A stretch of DNA of 64,000 nt from an uncultured Planctomycetales bacterium (GTDB taxonomy: Bacteria; Omnitrophota; Gorgyraeia; Gygaellales; Profunditerraquicolaceae), in assembly GCA_964427405.1 (NCBI GenBank), contig CAYRUB010000002.1, positions 4,741 to 68,740 of the forward strand, in the 5' to 3' direction. Position numbers and translations under genes: made by a program. Position 1 is the first letter of the stretch, and every line of letters begins with the position of its first letter. Shown piece after piece: positions 29,904 through 39,476 of the stretch. The notes under the pieces were generated by a model that had not been told where the DNA came from, searched no databases, and saw nothing but the letters and a program-made list of their open reading frames with translations.

Positions 29904-30943
29904 ACATGCCCAATGATCATGCCTGCTGTCATCAGGCTGGGAAAGGCTGGTTCAGGAATAAGCTATTTTTAGTTTGTATTGTTACGCTCGCCTTAATATT
30001 ACTTTCGTATGTCTTTCCCGTTTTAATCGCTTTTCGTAAAGTCATTTTTAATTATTTAAAGACTATCTGGTGGGCAGTGGCTCTGGGTTTATTGTTGGGG
30101 GGCTTTATTGACCACTATGTTCCCCGGGAGTATATCTCCAAAATCCTGGCCAGAAAATCTCCGCTTACTATCCTTAATGCCGTATGTTTAGGGTTTTTGC
30201 TGAGTGCCTGCAGCCATGGGATATTGGCCTTATCTATACAGTTGCATAAGAAGGGCGCGTCAAATCCGGCAGTGGTAAGTTTCCTTCTTGCCAGCCCCTG
30301 GGCAAATTTTGCTGTTACTATGATGTTGTTAAGTCTATTCGGTTTAAAAGGCTTATTTATTATTATCGCGGCGATTATCATTGCTATAAACACCGGATTT
30401 ATATTTATGTTTTTGGAAAGAAAAGGCTTAATCGAAAAGAATAAAAATATTGTGCAGGTATCACAAGATTATTCAATTATGCGGGATTTCCGTATACGTT
30501 TAGCTAACTATAAATTAAACAAAGAATCAATCGCCGCGGATTTTAAAGGCGTGGTTAATGGCGCGTTTGAACTTTCAGAAATGGTGCTTTGGTGGATTAT
30601 TCTGGGGGTGTTTATTGCCAGCCTTGCCGGAGCATATATTCCCGTGCATTTCTTCCATAAATTTATGGGGCCGACTTTATTGGGGTTAATCGTAACCTTA
30701 GGTTTGGCAACGGTAATTGAGGTTTGTTCCGAAGGTTCAAGCCCCCTGGCATTTGAGATTTATCGTCAGACCGGTGCCCTGGGTAACAGTTTTGTATTTT
30801 TGATGTCAGGGGTAGTTACGGATTATACGGAGATTGGCCTGCTTTGGAGCAATGTGGGCAGGCGCGTGGCTTTATGGATGCCGCTGGTCACTGTCCCTCA
30901 GGTTATGGCGGTAGGTTATATTGCCAATATATTTTTCAAATAA
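29885..30943 (+). CDS. DUF318/ArsP-like predicted permease
   Basis: LSACSHG and VCSEGSSP (CSxG..P) motifs. Confidence 0.55.
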   Translation: MVYLELNMPNDHACCHQAGKGWFRNKLFLVCIVTLALILLSYVFPVLIAFRKVIFNYLKTIWWAVALGLLLGGFIDHYVPREYISKILARKSPLTILNAVCLGFLLSACSHGILALSIQLHKKGASNPAVVSFLLASPWANFAVTMMLLSLFGLKGLFIIIAAIIIAINTGFIFMFLERKGLIEKNKNIVQVSQDYSIMRDFRIRLANYKLNKESIAADFKGVVNGAFELSEMVLWWIILGVFIASLAGAYIPVHFFHKFMGPTLLGLIVTLGLATVIEVCSEGSSPLAFEIYRQTGALGNSFVFLMSGVVTDYTEIGLLWSNVGRRVALWMPLVTVPQVMAVGYIANIFFK

Positions 30944-30956
30944 AGATTAGCCAAGG

Positions 30957-31703
30957 ATGAAATCATTCTCAATTAAAACAAAGCTGATTATATTCTTAGC
31001 GGGGTTTGCGGTATTTTTGTCGGTAAAAGATAAAGATACCGCTTTTCTGTTTACATTAATTATTGCTTTAGTTAGTGCAATTATTATAGATTCAGCATTC
31101 TCTTATTTTAAGAATAAAAAGCCTGCCCTATCTGAAAGCTCAATCGTATCCGCTTTAATCATCGGATTCGTTCTGTCCAGTGATAATCCCTGGTGGATTA
31201 TCGCCCTGGCATCTTTATTCGCAATTTCCTCGAAATACTTAATTCGTTTTAATAAAAAGCATATTTTTAATCCAGCAGCATTCGGGATATTCTTAAGCAT
31301 CCTCATTTTTGGAGCAAATACTCAATGGAAGGGAACCTTTCTTTGGTATATTCTTTTGCCCATAGGTTTGTATTTTACTTATAAGATTCGTAGACTAGAA
31401 CTGATTATAGGTTATTTGATAACCGCTTTGGGTGCATTCGGGATTCAAGCCTTATTAAACAAAGTTTCACTAATTAATATCTTTGGTTATCTTAGTTATT
31501 TTTATGTTTTTATAATGTTGATTGAACCAAAAACAACCCCTGTAAAACCTTTGGCTAAGTTTATTTTTGGAATTGGTACTGCGGGTTTGATTTTTACCTT
31601 TATCCAGGCACAAGCTAGATTTGATTCTGAATTAGCCGCGCTTTTAATCCTAAATCTTTTTGTACCGTTTTTAAATAAAATACCCGAAAGGAGAAAAACA
31701 TGA
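30957..31703 (+). CDS. integral membrane protein (weak RnfD/NqrB-like features)
   Basis: 6-7 TM segments, with FNPAAFG and EPKTTP motifs. Confidence 0.4.
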   Translation: MKSFSIKTKLIIFLAGFAVFLSVKDKDTAFLFTLIIALVSAIIIDSAFSYFKNKKPALSESSIVSALIIGFVLSSDNPWWIIALASLFAISSKYLIRFNKKHIFNPAAFGIFLSILIFGANTQWKGTFLWYILLPIGLYFTYKIRRLELIIGYLITALGAFGIQALLNKVSLINIFGYLSYFYVFIMLIEPKTTPVKPLAKFIFGIGTAGLIFTFIQAQARFDSELAALLILNLFVPFLNKIPERRKT

Positions 31704-32047
31704 AAAAGAAGATTGTATTTATGTTTTTGCTTATTTGCTTAGTTTCAATCAGTATTGCCTACGCACATCCTCCGAAGGATATTGAAATTTCATATGATCC
31801 GGGTACAAAGATGTTAACTGCGCTTATTATGCATGATACAAGTAATCCGCTCGGCCATTATATCAAGAAAGTTGATATTGGTTTAAACGATAAAGAAATA
31901 ATTGAACTAAAGTTTTTGAAACAGGATAACCTTAATTTCCAGAAAGTAAGTTATTCCGTTGCCGACGTAAAATCCGGAGACAGGCTTTCTGTGGAAGGTT
32001 ATTGTAGCATTAGTGGCAAGCTAAAAAAAGAGATAATTGTAAAATAG
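31700..32047 (+). CDS. small secreted protein
   Basis: Signal peptide; no recognisable domain. Confidence 0.45.
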   Translation: MKKKIVFMFLLICLVSISIAYAHPPKDIEISYDPGTKMLTALIMHDTSNPLGHYIKKVDIGLNDKEIIELKFLKQDNLNFQKVSYSVADVKSGDRLSVEGYCSISGKLKKEIIVK

Positions 32048-32092
32048 TTATATTTTAGGGAGTATTGAATATCTCTGCTCCCTAAAAATTGC

Positions 32093-32120
32093 TTGACAAA
32101 TGATACTATTGTGGTATCAT
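32093..32120 (+). promoter_or_regulatory. promoter (TTGACA, 16 nt, TGgTATCAT extended -10) overlapping the palindrome TGATAC-N7-GTATCA
   Basis: Read directly from the sequence. The palindrome is a candidate Rrf2 operator. Confidence 0.45.
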
Positions 32121-32269
32121 TAACTTAAACTTAAAAGGAGGTGATTTAAATGGGTGTAACAATTAGATACATGCTTAGGCCGGTGGCTCACTGTAAAGAG
32201 GGCTGCAGTAGGTTGTCCCGGGTATGACGTTAAACTGCCCACTTACATTTAAATAACTTCGGAGATTTT

Positions 32270-32662
32270 ATGAAACTTATCACTAGAAATACAGACTATG
32301 CAATACGTGCGCTTTGTTATATTTCAAAACATAAAACCGTTGTAGCGGTAGAAGAACTTGTCGAAAAACTTGGAGTCCCGCGTTCATTCATGCGCAAAAT
32401 TCTCCAACAGTTGAACAAAGAAAGAATCTTAGGGTCTTTCAAGGGGCAGGGGGGTGGGTTTAAATTAAAGGTCCTCCCTGAGAAAATTTATATAATTGAA
32501 ATAATGCGCATTTTTCAGGGGCACGTAGAATTAAACGGGTGTTTTCTAAAAAAGGATGTTTGCCCTAATAAAGGTAAGTGCGTTTTAAGGAAGAAGCTGC
32601 GTTTGATTGAAGAGAATATGTTTAAACAGCTTAAAGAAATAACCATAGCTTCTTTAGTTTAA
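32270..32662 (+). CDS. Rrf2-family transcriptional regulator (IscR/NsrR-like)
   Basis: Rrf2 HTH N-terminus and C-terminal Cys residues (CPNKGKC). Confidence 0.8.
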   Translation: MKLITRNTDYAIRALCYISKHKTVVAVEELVEKLGVPRSFMRKILQQLNKERILGSFKGQGGGFKLKVLPEKIYIIEIMRIFQGHVELNGCFLKKDVCPNKGKCVLRKKLRLIEENMFKQLKEITIASLV

Positions 32663-32673
32663 GGGGGTGCTCA

Positions 32674-33981
32674 ATGTTTTGTTATCAATGCGAACAAACA
32701 GTAGGCGGTACAGGTTGCACAAAGCTTGGGGTCTGCGGTAAGAATGAAGATGTCCAGAGCCTGCAGGACACTCTCTTATATGGTTTAAAAGGTATTGCCG
32801 CTTATGCATATCATGCCCGAGAGCTGGGGGCTCATGATGAAGAAGTAGATGCCTTTATGCACGAAGCACTGTTTAAAACTGTAACCAATGTCAGTTTTGA
32901 CCTAAATCAATATCTGGAGTTAGTATTAAAATGCGGGGCTGTTAATTTAAAGACTATGGAGATGCTGGATAAGGCGCATACGCAGAGATTTGGTAACCCT
33001 GTGCCTACTGCGGTTGAAACCGGAACCAAATCCGGACCGGGTATTTTAATTACCGGTCATGACCTGCTTGATCTTTATGAACTGCTTAAACAGAGCGAAG
33101 GAACCGGAGTAAATATCTATACGCATAGCGAAATGCTGCCTGCGCATGGTTATCCGGAGCTGAAGAAATTCAAACATTTAGTGGGTAATTATGGCGGCGC
33201 CTGGCAGGAACAGAAAAAAGAATTTAATGCCTTTAGCGGAGCAATATTAGCAACTACTAATTGTGTATTAATCCCGCCGGAGGGCACCTATTTGGATAGG
33301 TTATTTACCATAGGTATCACTGGTGTAGCCGGGGCAACGCATCTAAAGGGACGGGATTTTAAAGCCTTGATTGCAAAAGCAAAATCATTACCGGCCTTAC
33401 CTGAGGCTCCCGGAAAAAAGATTATGACTGGTTTTCACCATACGGCGATCCTGGGATTAGCGGATAAGATTGTGGGTTTGGTTAAAGCCGGCAAGATTAA
33501 GCATTTTTTCTTAATCGGAGGTTGCGATGGAGCAAAATCCGGACGCAACTACTATACGGAATTCGCTGAACAAGTACCTAAGGATTGTGTAATTCTTACG
33601 CTTGCCTGTGGCAAGTACCGTTTTAACAAGCTGGATTTCGGCGAAATTGAGGGAGTACCCAGATTAATTGATGTTGGCCAATGTAATAATGCCTATTCTG
33701 CAATTCAGGTTGCGGTGGCTTTAGCTAAGGTGTTTAATTGCGGTGTGAATGACCTGCCTTTAACCCTGGTGCTTTCCTGGTTTGAGCAAAAAGCAGTTGC
33801 CATTTTACTTACTTTGCTGTATCTTAATATCAAAGGTATCTATATAGGGCCAACCCCGCCCGCCTTTATAAGTAAGAATGTTTTCGCTGTTCTGCAGGAA
33901 AAATTTGACCTACGTCTGATTAGCACACCCGATGAAGATTTAAAAACGATATTAAAGAAACAAACAGGAGGGCTATCATAA
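32674..33981 (+). CDS. hcp: hybrid-cluster protein / hydroxylamine reductase (short-class Hcp)
   Basis: N-terminus MFCYQCEQT with a Cys cluster. Confidence 0.85.
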   Translation: MFCYQCEQTVGGTGCTKLGVCGKNEDVQSLQDTLLYGLKGIAAYAYHARELGAHDEEVDAFMHEALFKTVTNVSFDLNQYLELVLKCGAVNLKTMEMLDKAHTQRFGNPVPTAVETGTKSGPGILITGHDLLDLYELLKQSEGTGVNIYTHSEMLPAHGYPELKKFKHLVGNYGGAWQEQKKEFNAFSGAILATTNCVLIPPEGTYLDRLFTIGITGVAGATHLKGRDFKALIAKAKSLPALPEAPGKKIMTGFHHTAILGLADKIVGLVKAGKIKHFFLIGGCDGAKSGRNYYTEFAEQVPKDCVILTLACGKYRFNKLDFGEIEGVPRLIDVGQCNNAYSAIQVAVALAKVFNCGVNDLPLTLVLSWFEQKAVAILLTLLYLNIKGIYIGPTPPAFISKNVFAVLQEKFDLRLISTPDEDLKTILKKQTGGLS

Positions 33982-34133
33982 CAGATCTCAAGGATTTACT
34001 GCAAAGCGCAGGCTGGAAAACCGAGAAGCATGTGCCGGTTATCGAGGGGCCGGACAGGATAAATAAATTGGAAGAGCGAAAAAGAAGTTAGCGTAGGATA
34101 AGGAGTAGTTATATTTAACAAAAGGAGGGTAGT

Positions 34134-34454
34134 ATGTGTATGCTGAGAGGTTGTCCTTTAATGACTATTGTGCCGATTTCGCTTTTTTTGACCGTTAGTT
34201 TTTTTGTTCTGCTTTCCTTGCGCAAGGTAACAGAGAAATGGCTTAGGGTTTTTGGCCACCTAGTAGTCAGTTTCCTTTTGTTGGCGGCGCTGGTTATTTT
34301 TTCAGGTGCAGTCTCTAATTTGACTAAAGGTTTTGGCGGAATGAGGTGCCCGATGCTGCAGAAAATGAAGATGTGCGGTATGATGCAAATGACGGATCAA
34401 AAGAACATGCCGGAGATGGCTATGCCGGGAAAAAAGGCGCTTCCTAAAGAATAA
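34134..34454 (+). CDS. small membrane protein with a Met-rich (MxxM-type) C-terminus
   Basis: 2 TM segments followed by MKMCGMMQM...MPEMAMP. Confidence 0.4.
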   Translation: MCMLRGCPLMTIVPISLFLTVSFFVLLSLRKVTEKWLRVFGHLVVSFLLLAALVIFSGAVSNLTKGFGGMRCPMLQKMKMCGMMQMTDQKNMPEMAMPGKKALPKE

Positions 34455-34485
34455 TTTTAGGGTAATCTAACTAAAGAGGAAAAAA

Positions 34486-34647
34486 ATGAATAAATATAAA
34501 TGTTTAGTCTGCGGTTATATCTATGATCCTAAGCTGGGTGATCCGGATAACGGTATTGTTCCCGGAACGAGTTTTGAGGATTTGCCGGATACTTGGGTTT
34601 GCCCTGAATGCGGCGTAGGCAAGGATCAATTTGAGAAGATAATTTAA
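34486..34647 (+). CDS. rubredoxin (53 aa); not in the supplied ORF track
   Basis: Two CxxCG knuckles (CLVCGY and CPECGV). An AAAGAGGA RBS lies about 8 nt upstream. Confidence 0.85.
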   Translation: MNKYKCLVCGYIYDPKLGDPDNGIVPGTSFEDLPDTWVCPECGVGKDQFEKII

Positions 34648-34659
34648 AGGGGGATTATT

Positions 34660-35184
34660 ATGGCCAGGACTGTTACTTTTAAGGGGGCCCGTTTGACTTT
34701 GATTGGTAAACGCGTTAAGGAGGGCCGGCGCGCTCCCGATTTTAAGTTAATTTCTCAGGATTTAAAAGAAGTAAGCCTGTCAGATTTTAATGGTAAGATA
34801 AAAATAATTAATTTTTTTCCCTCTCTTGATACCCCGGTTTGTGATTTACAGGTAAAAGAGTTTAATAAAAAAGCTGCCGGCCTTAGCCCTGATATTGTGG
34901 TAATTGGGGTAAGTAAAGACCTGCCTTTTGCCCAAGCCAGATTTTGTTCGGTGAATGAAATAAAAAATGAGCTAGTGTTCTCTGATTACAGGTTTTCTTC
35001 ATTTGGCTTAAATTACGGATTCCTGGTCAAGGAGCTTAATCTTTTAGCCAGAGGTTCGTTAATCATTGATAAAAATCAACGCATTAGATATATTCAGGTG
35101 GTTGAAGAAATAACTCATTCAGTTAATTTTGATGAAGTTTTTAGCAGGTTACAAGATGTGCTTAAGAATTCGCTTCAGCCTTAG
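34660..35184 (+). CDS. tpx: thiol peroxidase (Tpx, atypical 2-Cys peroxiredoxin)
   Basis: FPSLDTPVC peroxidatic Cys motif. Confidence 0.85.
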   Translation: MARTVTFKGARLTLIGKRVKEGRRAPDFKLISQDLKEVSLSDFNGKIKIINFFPSLDTPVCDLQVKEFNKKAAGLSPDIVVIGVSKDLPFAQARFCSVNEIKNELVFSDYRFSSFGLNYGFLVKELNLLARGSLIIDKNQRIRYIQVVEEITHSVNFDEVFSRLQDVLKNSLQP

Positions 35185-35217
35185 AGAATTTGGTAAATAT
35201 CTCAACTTTAGATAAGA

Positions 35218-35922
35218 ATGCCCGTAGAAATTGATGCCAGAGTAAAAGAGGTTATTCGGCGTAATTACAATGTTAAAAGCTTCCGCCTGGAAATTGCTGA
35301 TTGGCTGGATTTTAAAGCCGGACAATTCCTGCAGGTTAGGCTTCAGGGCGGCCCTAATCTAAAAAGATATCTCTCCATTTCCAGCTCTCCAACTGAAAAG
35401 TGCTATTTAGAGTTTACTAAGAAAATAACCCAGAGTGATTTTTCCACGGCGCTGGATAATTTAAAGGCGGGAGACAGGGTAAATATTCAATACCCTTTGG
35501 GTAAATTTATCCTGGATGAATTTGCGCCTAAGGTTGCTTTTTTGTCTGGGGGCATCGGGATAACTCCCATACGAAGCATTTGCAAATATGCGGTTGATAA
35601 AAATATAGGTACAGATATCGTGCTGGTTTATTCCAATCGTTCTATACGGGATATAGTTTTTAAAGATGATTTTTCCGCTATGTCCAAAAGTTACCCGTTA
35701 TTGAGGATAGCGCATGTGTTGTGTGAGGCTGAGCAAGGATTTAAATGTACGGTAGGGCAGATTAACGCCAGCGTAATAAAAAATGAAATTCCGGATTATG
35801 CGGAAAGAAAATTCTATCTCTGTGGTCCTCCGCAGATGGTTGAGGCCATGCGCAAGATATTGGCCGAAGAATTGGGCTTAAGCGGGGAGAAAATAGTTGT
35901 GGAGAATTTTCAAGGTTATTAG
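35218..35922 (+). CDS. FNR-like FAD/NAD(P)-binding oxidoreductase
   Basis: RxYS FAD motif (KRYLSISS) and GGIGITP NAD-binding motif. Confidence 0.7.
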   Translation: MPVEIDARVKEVIRRNYNVKSFRLEIADWLDFKAGQFLQVRLQGGPNLKRYLSISSSPTEKCYLEFTKKITQSDFSTALDNLKAGDRVNIQYPLGKFILDEFAPKVAFLSGGIGITPIRSICKYAVDKNIGTDIVLVYSNRSIRDIVFKDDFSAMSKSYPLLRIAHVLCEAEQGFKCTVGQINASVIKNEIPDYAERKFYLCGPPQMVEAMRKILAEELGLSGEKIVVENFQGY

Positions 35923-35942
35923 AAGGTTATTAGGAGGTAATA

Positions 35943-37130
35943 ATGGCTGCAATAGAAATTTTACCGGGTATATATTCAGTAGGGGTCTTGGATTGGAATG
36001 TACGTAATTTCCATGGGCATACATATACTACGCAGAGAGGCTCGAGCTATAACTCTTATCTTATTGTAGATGAAAAAATAGCGCTTGTGGATACTGTTTA
36101 TGGCCCATTCAGCCAGGAGCTAATTGAGAATATCAAAGAGATTATTCCTCCCGAAAGAATAGATTATATTATTGCTAACCATGTTGAAAATGACCATTCC
36201 GGAGCATTGCCTAGTCTTATGCAGCTTTGTCCTAAAGCTAAGGTTTTGGGTACTCTTAAGTGTAAAGAAGGCCTCTATAAGCATTATTACGAAGATTGGG
36301 ATTTTCAGGTGGTTAAGACCGGAGATAAACTAAAATTAGGCAGGCGTACACTTGCTTTCCTTGAGGCACCGATGATCCATTGGCCGGACAGTATGTTTAC
36401 GTATTGTCCGGAAGATGCTTTGCTTATGCCTAATGACGCTTTTGGCCAACATTATGCGACAAGTGAGCGTTTTGACGACCAGGTCGATCAATGCAGCTTG
36501 ATGGATGAGGCAGAGAAGTACTACGCTAATATCCTTTGGCCGCTTGGCCCCGTGATCCTAAAGAAGATTGAAGATGTGCAAAAATTAAATATCCCCATTA
36601 AAATGATTGCGCCCAGCCACGGGGTTATTTGGCGTAAAGATCCGGGGAAAATAATAAATTCTTATATTTCTTGGGCAAAAGGCCAAACGACTAAGAAAAT
36701 CGTAATTGCCTATGAAACTATGTGGGGCGCAACCGAAAAGATAGCCAGGAAGATTGCTGAAGGCGTAACTGCCGCGGGCATAGAGGTTAAACTTTATAAT
36801 GTCGCTGAGAGTGATCGCACTGAAATAATTACGCGTATGCTTACTGCTCAGGGTTTTTTATTCGGTTCATCTACTCACGATAATGATATGCTTCCTAACA
36901 TCGCCGCATTCTTAGAAATAGTTAAGGGCCTTAAGCCTAAAGGCAGGCAGGTTGGTTTTTTTGGTTCTTATGGTTGGGCTGGAGGCGCAGTTAAAGAGAT
37001 GCAAGAGACGCTAAAAGATAGCGGAGTTGATACCAGCGTTAGCGGAGTATCCATTAAATATGTTCCGGATAAAGAAGAATTAAAAGCTTGTTTTGAATTC
37101 GGCAATCAATTTGCTAAACTCTTAAAGTAA
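35943..37130 (+). CDS. flavodiiron protein (FprA / rubredoxin:oxygen-NO oxidoreductase)
   Basis: Metallo-beta-lactamase-like HxExDH (HVENDHSG) plus a C-terminal flavodoxin domain. Confidence 0.85.
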   Translation: MAAIEILPGIYSVGVLDWNVRNFHGHTYTTQRGSSYNSYLIVDEKIALVDTVYGPFSQELIENIKEIIPPERIDYIIANHVENDHSGALPSLMQLCPKAKVLGTLKCKEGLYKHYYEDWDFQVVKTGDKLKLGRRTLAFLEAPMIHWPDSMFTYCPEDALLMPNDAFGQHYATSERFDDQVDQCSLMDEAEKYYANILWPLGPVILKKIEDVQKLNIPIKMIAPSHGVIWRKDPGKIINSYISWAKGQTTKKIVIAYETMWGATEKIARKIAEGVTAAGIEVKLYNVAESDRTEIITRMLTAQGFLFGSSTHDNDMLPNIAAFLEIVKGLKPKGRQVGFFGSYGWAGGAVKEMQETLKDSGVDTSVSGVSIKYVPDKEELKACFEFGNQFAKLLK

Positions 37131-37131
37131 A

Positions 37132-37599
37132 ATGAAGCAGATCCCGGTAGCAGTCATTGAGTTTTTGCGCACCCAAGGTTTCGTAATAGTCTCATCAATA
37201 GACGAGAATGGGTTTCCCCATAGTTCTTGCAAAGATATAGTTAATATTGATCCTAACGGAAAGGTTTATTTGATTGATGCTTATTCTGGGGAAACAGCCG
37301 ATAATATAAAACGTAACCCTCAGATAAATATTTGTGCCGTTGATGAGCATAAATTTATGGGCTATTGCCTTAAGGGAAGAGCCACGGTTATGCCCGATGG
37401 CCAAATCAGCCAGGAGTTTATCAAGTCCTGGGAAGATAATATTACCTCGCGTCTGGCTAAAAGGCTGCTGCTTAATTTAGCTAAAGGCAAATCCCGCGCT
37501 CACCATCCCGAAGCCAGCCTGCCGCGCCCTAAGCATCTTATTACTATCACAGTAGAGGGGGTAGTTGATCTTACCCCGCATTATTTAAGAAAGGACTGA
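37132..37599 (+). CDS. pyridoxamine-5'-phosphate-oxidase-like FMN-binding protein
   Basis: Split-barrel flavin-reductase-like composition. Confidence 0.55.
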   Translation: MKQIPVAVIEFLRTQGFVIVSSIDENGFPHSSCKDIVNIDPNGKVYLIDAYSGETADNIKRNPQINICAVDEHKFMGYCLKGRATVMPDGQISQEFIKSWEDNITSRLAKRLLLNLAKGKSRAHHPEASLPRPKHLITITVEGVVDLTPHYLRKD

Positions 37600-37601
37600 T
37601 T

Positions 37602-37838
37602 ATGGCTAAAAGCGTGAAAGTTTACAGCACTCCGACTTGCCCATGGTGTATCCGGGCCAAGCAATTTTTAAAAGAGAATAATGTAGAGTTTCAGAACATC
37701 GATGTTTCTGATAATCAGCAGGTAGTGGATGAGTTGATGCAGAAGTCCGGGCAGATGGGGGTTCCGGTTTTAGATATTGACGGCCAGATTATTGTAGGAT
37801 TTGATAAAGAAAAAATAAGGCAGTCGTTAGGGATATAA
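37602..37838 (+). CDS. glutaredoxin-like protein
   Basis: CPWC active site. Confidence 0.8.
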   Translation: MAKSVKVYSTPTCPWCIRAKQFLKENNVEFQNIDVSDNQQVVDELMQKSGQMGVPVLDIDGQIIVGFDKEKIRQSLGI

Positions 37839-37846
37839 AGCGCAAT

Positions 37847-38758
37847 ATGCAGATTTATGATTTGATTATTATCGGCGCTGGCCCCGCGGGGATAACTGCC
37901 AGTGTTTATGCAGCTAGAAAAAAGATAAATTTTTTAGTCATCAGCCTGGATATCGGCGGACAGGCTGCCTGGAGCGGGGATATTGAAAACTATACCGGAT
38001 ATCAATTCATTACCGGGCCGGAACTGGCGCAGAAATTCCAGGAGCATATGCTTAAGTATGATACTGTGCTCAGGGAAAATGAAGAGGTGCTGGAGCTTAA
38101 TAATTCCGAAGATGTATTCTTAGTCAAAACCAGCAAGGCAGAGTATCAGTCCCGGAGTGTAATTATAGCTTCAGGCAAGAAATCAAAGGAACTGGGGGTT
38201 CCGGGTGAAAAAGAGTTTAAGAACCGCGGCCTGACTTACTGCGCTACATGTGATGGCCCATTGTTTGGCGCTAAAACCGTAGCGGTTATCGGCGGCGGAA
38301 ACTCCGCGCTTGATGCGGCTTTGCAGCTGATTAAGGTTGCCAAGCAGGTGTACGTTATTAATAATACTCCAGCTTTAGGCGGAGATGCGATTATGCGTCA
38401 GAAGGTAGAAGAGGCGGAAAATGCCACTGTCTTTAATAATTCTCAAGTTATATCCGTATCAGGGGACAAATTTGTCAGCGCAATTAAAATTAAGAATAAT
38501 CCAGGGGTAAGAGATTTAGTTGTGCAGGGAGTATTTGTAGAAATTGGGCTTGTTCCTAACTCTGCATTTGCTGTTGGTGTAGAAAAAAATAATAAAGGTG
38601 AGATAAAAGTAAATTCACTCAATGAAACTAACATCTCCGGCGCCTTTGCCGCCGGAGATGTTACGGATGTGCCGGAAAAGCAGATTATTATCGCTGCCGG
38701 GGAAGGCTCCAAGGCAGCTTTAAGTGCCTCTAAATACCTGGCAAGAAGCAGGTTTTAA
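37847..38758 (+). CDS. trxB: thioredoxin-disulfide reductase
   Basis: GAGPAG FAD motif and CATCDGP redox-active disulfide. Confidence 0.85.
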   Translation: MQIYDLIIIGAGPAGITASVYAARKKINFLVISLDIGGQAAWSGDIENYTGYQFITGPELAQKFQEHMLKYDTVLRENEEVLELNNSEDVFLVKTSKAEYQSRSVIIASGKKSKELGVPGEKEFKNRGLTYCATCDGPLFGAKTVAVIGGGNSALDAALQLIKVAKQVYVINNTPALGGDAIMRQKVEEAENATVFNNSQVISVSGDKFVSAIKIKNNPGVRDLVVQGVFVEIGLVPNSAFAVGVEKNNKGEIKVNSLNETNISGAFAAGDVTDVPEKQIIIAAGEGSKAALSASKYLARSRF

Positions 38759-38761
38759 AAA

Positions 38762-39151
38762 ATGGATAAGAATACCAAATTCGTAGAGCTAAAGAATATT
38801 TTTAATATTTTACATAGCCGGCGCGGCTGTATGTGGGATAAACAGCAGACACATAAGAGCCTGGTCAGAGATTTAAAAGAAGAGGTTGATGAATTTATAG
38901 CGGCGGTAAATAAGAATAATTACCGAAATATGCAGGAGGAATTGGGGGATATCCTTCTGCATGTAATGTTTAATGCCCAAATCGCCAAGAAGCAAAAGAA
39001 GTTTGATATCGAAAAGGTAATTGCAGGTTTGATAAGCAAGCTAAAGCGTAGGCATCCGCATGTTTTTGGCAAGGTCAAGGTTAGTTCTACTCGCCAGATA
39101 ATTGCCAACTGGAATAAAATCAAGAAGAAGGAAAAGGCCGCGTTAGCTTAA
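38762..39151 (+). CDS. MazG-family nucleoside triphosphate pyrophosphohydrolase
   Basis: EExxEL / EELGDILL motifs. Confidence 0.7.
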   Translation: MDKNTKFVELKNIFNILHSRRGCMWDKQQTHKSLVRDLKEEVDEFIAAVNKNNYRNMQEELGDILLHVMFNAQIAKKQKKFDIEKVIAGLISKLKRRHPHVFGKVKVSSTRQIIANWNKIKKKEKAALA

Positions 39152-39242
39152 GGCCAGGGCATAAATAAGTTGCGGGTATTTTATGCGGTGGTACAATTAA
39201 TATTGCGGCAGGGATTAATATATTTAAAAAAGGAGAATAAAA

Positions 39243-39464
39243 ATGAGAGAGAGAATTGAAAAGGCTTTAGATAAAGTCAGGCCTATGCTTGCAGCAGACG
39301 GCGGCAATGTCGAATTAGTTGATGTGACCAGTGATGGGGTAGTAAAGTTAAAACTAAAAGGGAGTTGCGGCTGCTGCCCGATGAGTTCAATGACCCTGAA
39401 AATGGGGATTGAGAAAATTCTGAAGCAGGAAGTGCCGGAAATAAAAGAAGTCGTGGCTTTGTAG
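39243..39464 (+). CDS. NifU/Nfu-type Fe-S cluster scaffold domain protein
   Basis: GSCGCCPMS motif. Confidence 0.8.
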   Translation: MRERIEKALDKVRPMLAADGGNVELVDVTSDGVVKLKLKGSCGCCPMSSMTLKMGIEKILKQEVPEIKEVVAL

Positions 39465-39476
39465 AAAAAATCAGCA

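Noticed and set aside
30957-31703. Assignment of the 248-aa membrane protein as RnfD/NqrB
   Set aside because: Only two short motifs (FNPAAFG, EPKTTP) resemble that family. It is too short and lacks the FMN-attachment site, so it is kept as a generic membrane protein.
32674-37130. Checked for in-frame TGA (selenocysteine) recoding in hcp and the flavodiiron gene
   Set aside because: Both ORFs are uninterrupted with ordinary Cys codons. No SECIS-like structure was needed.
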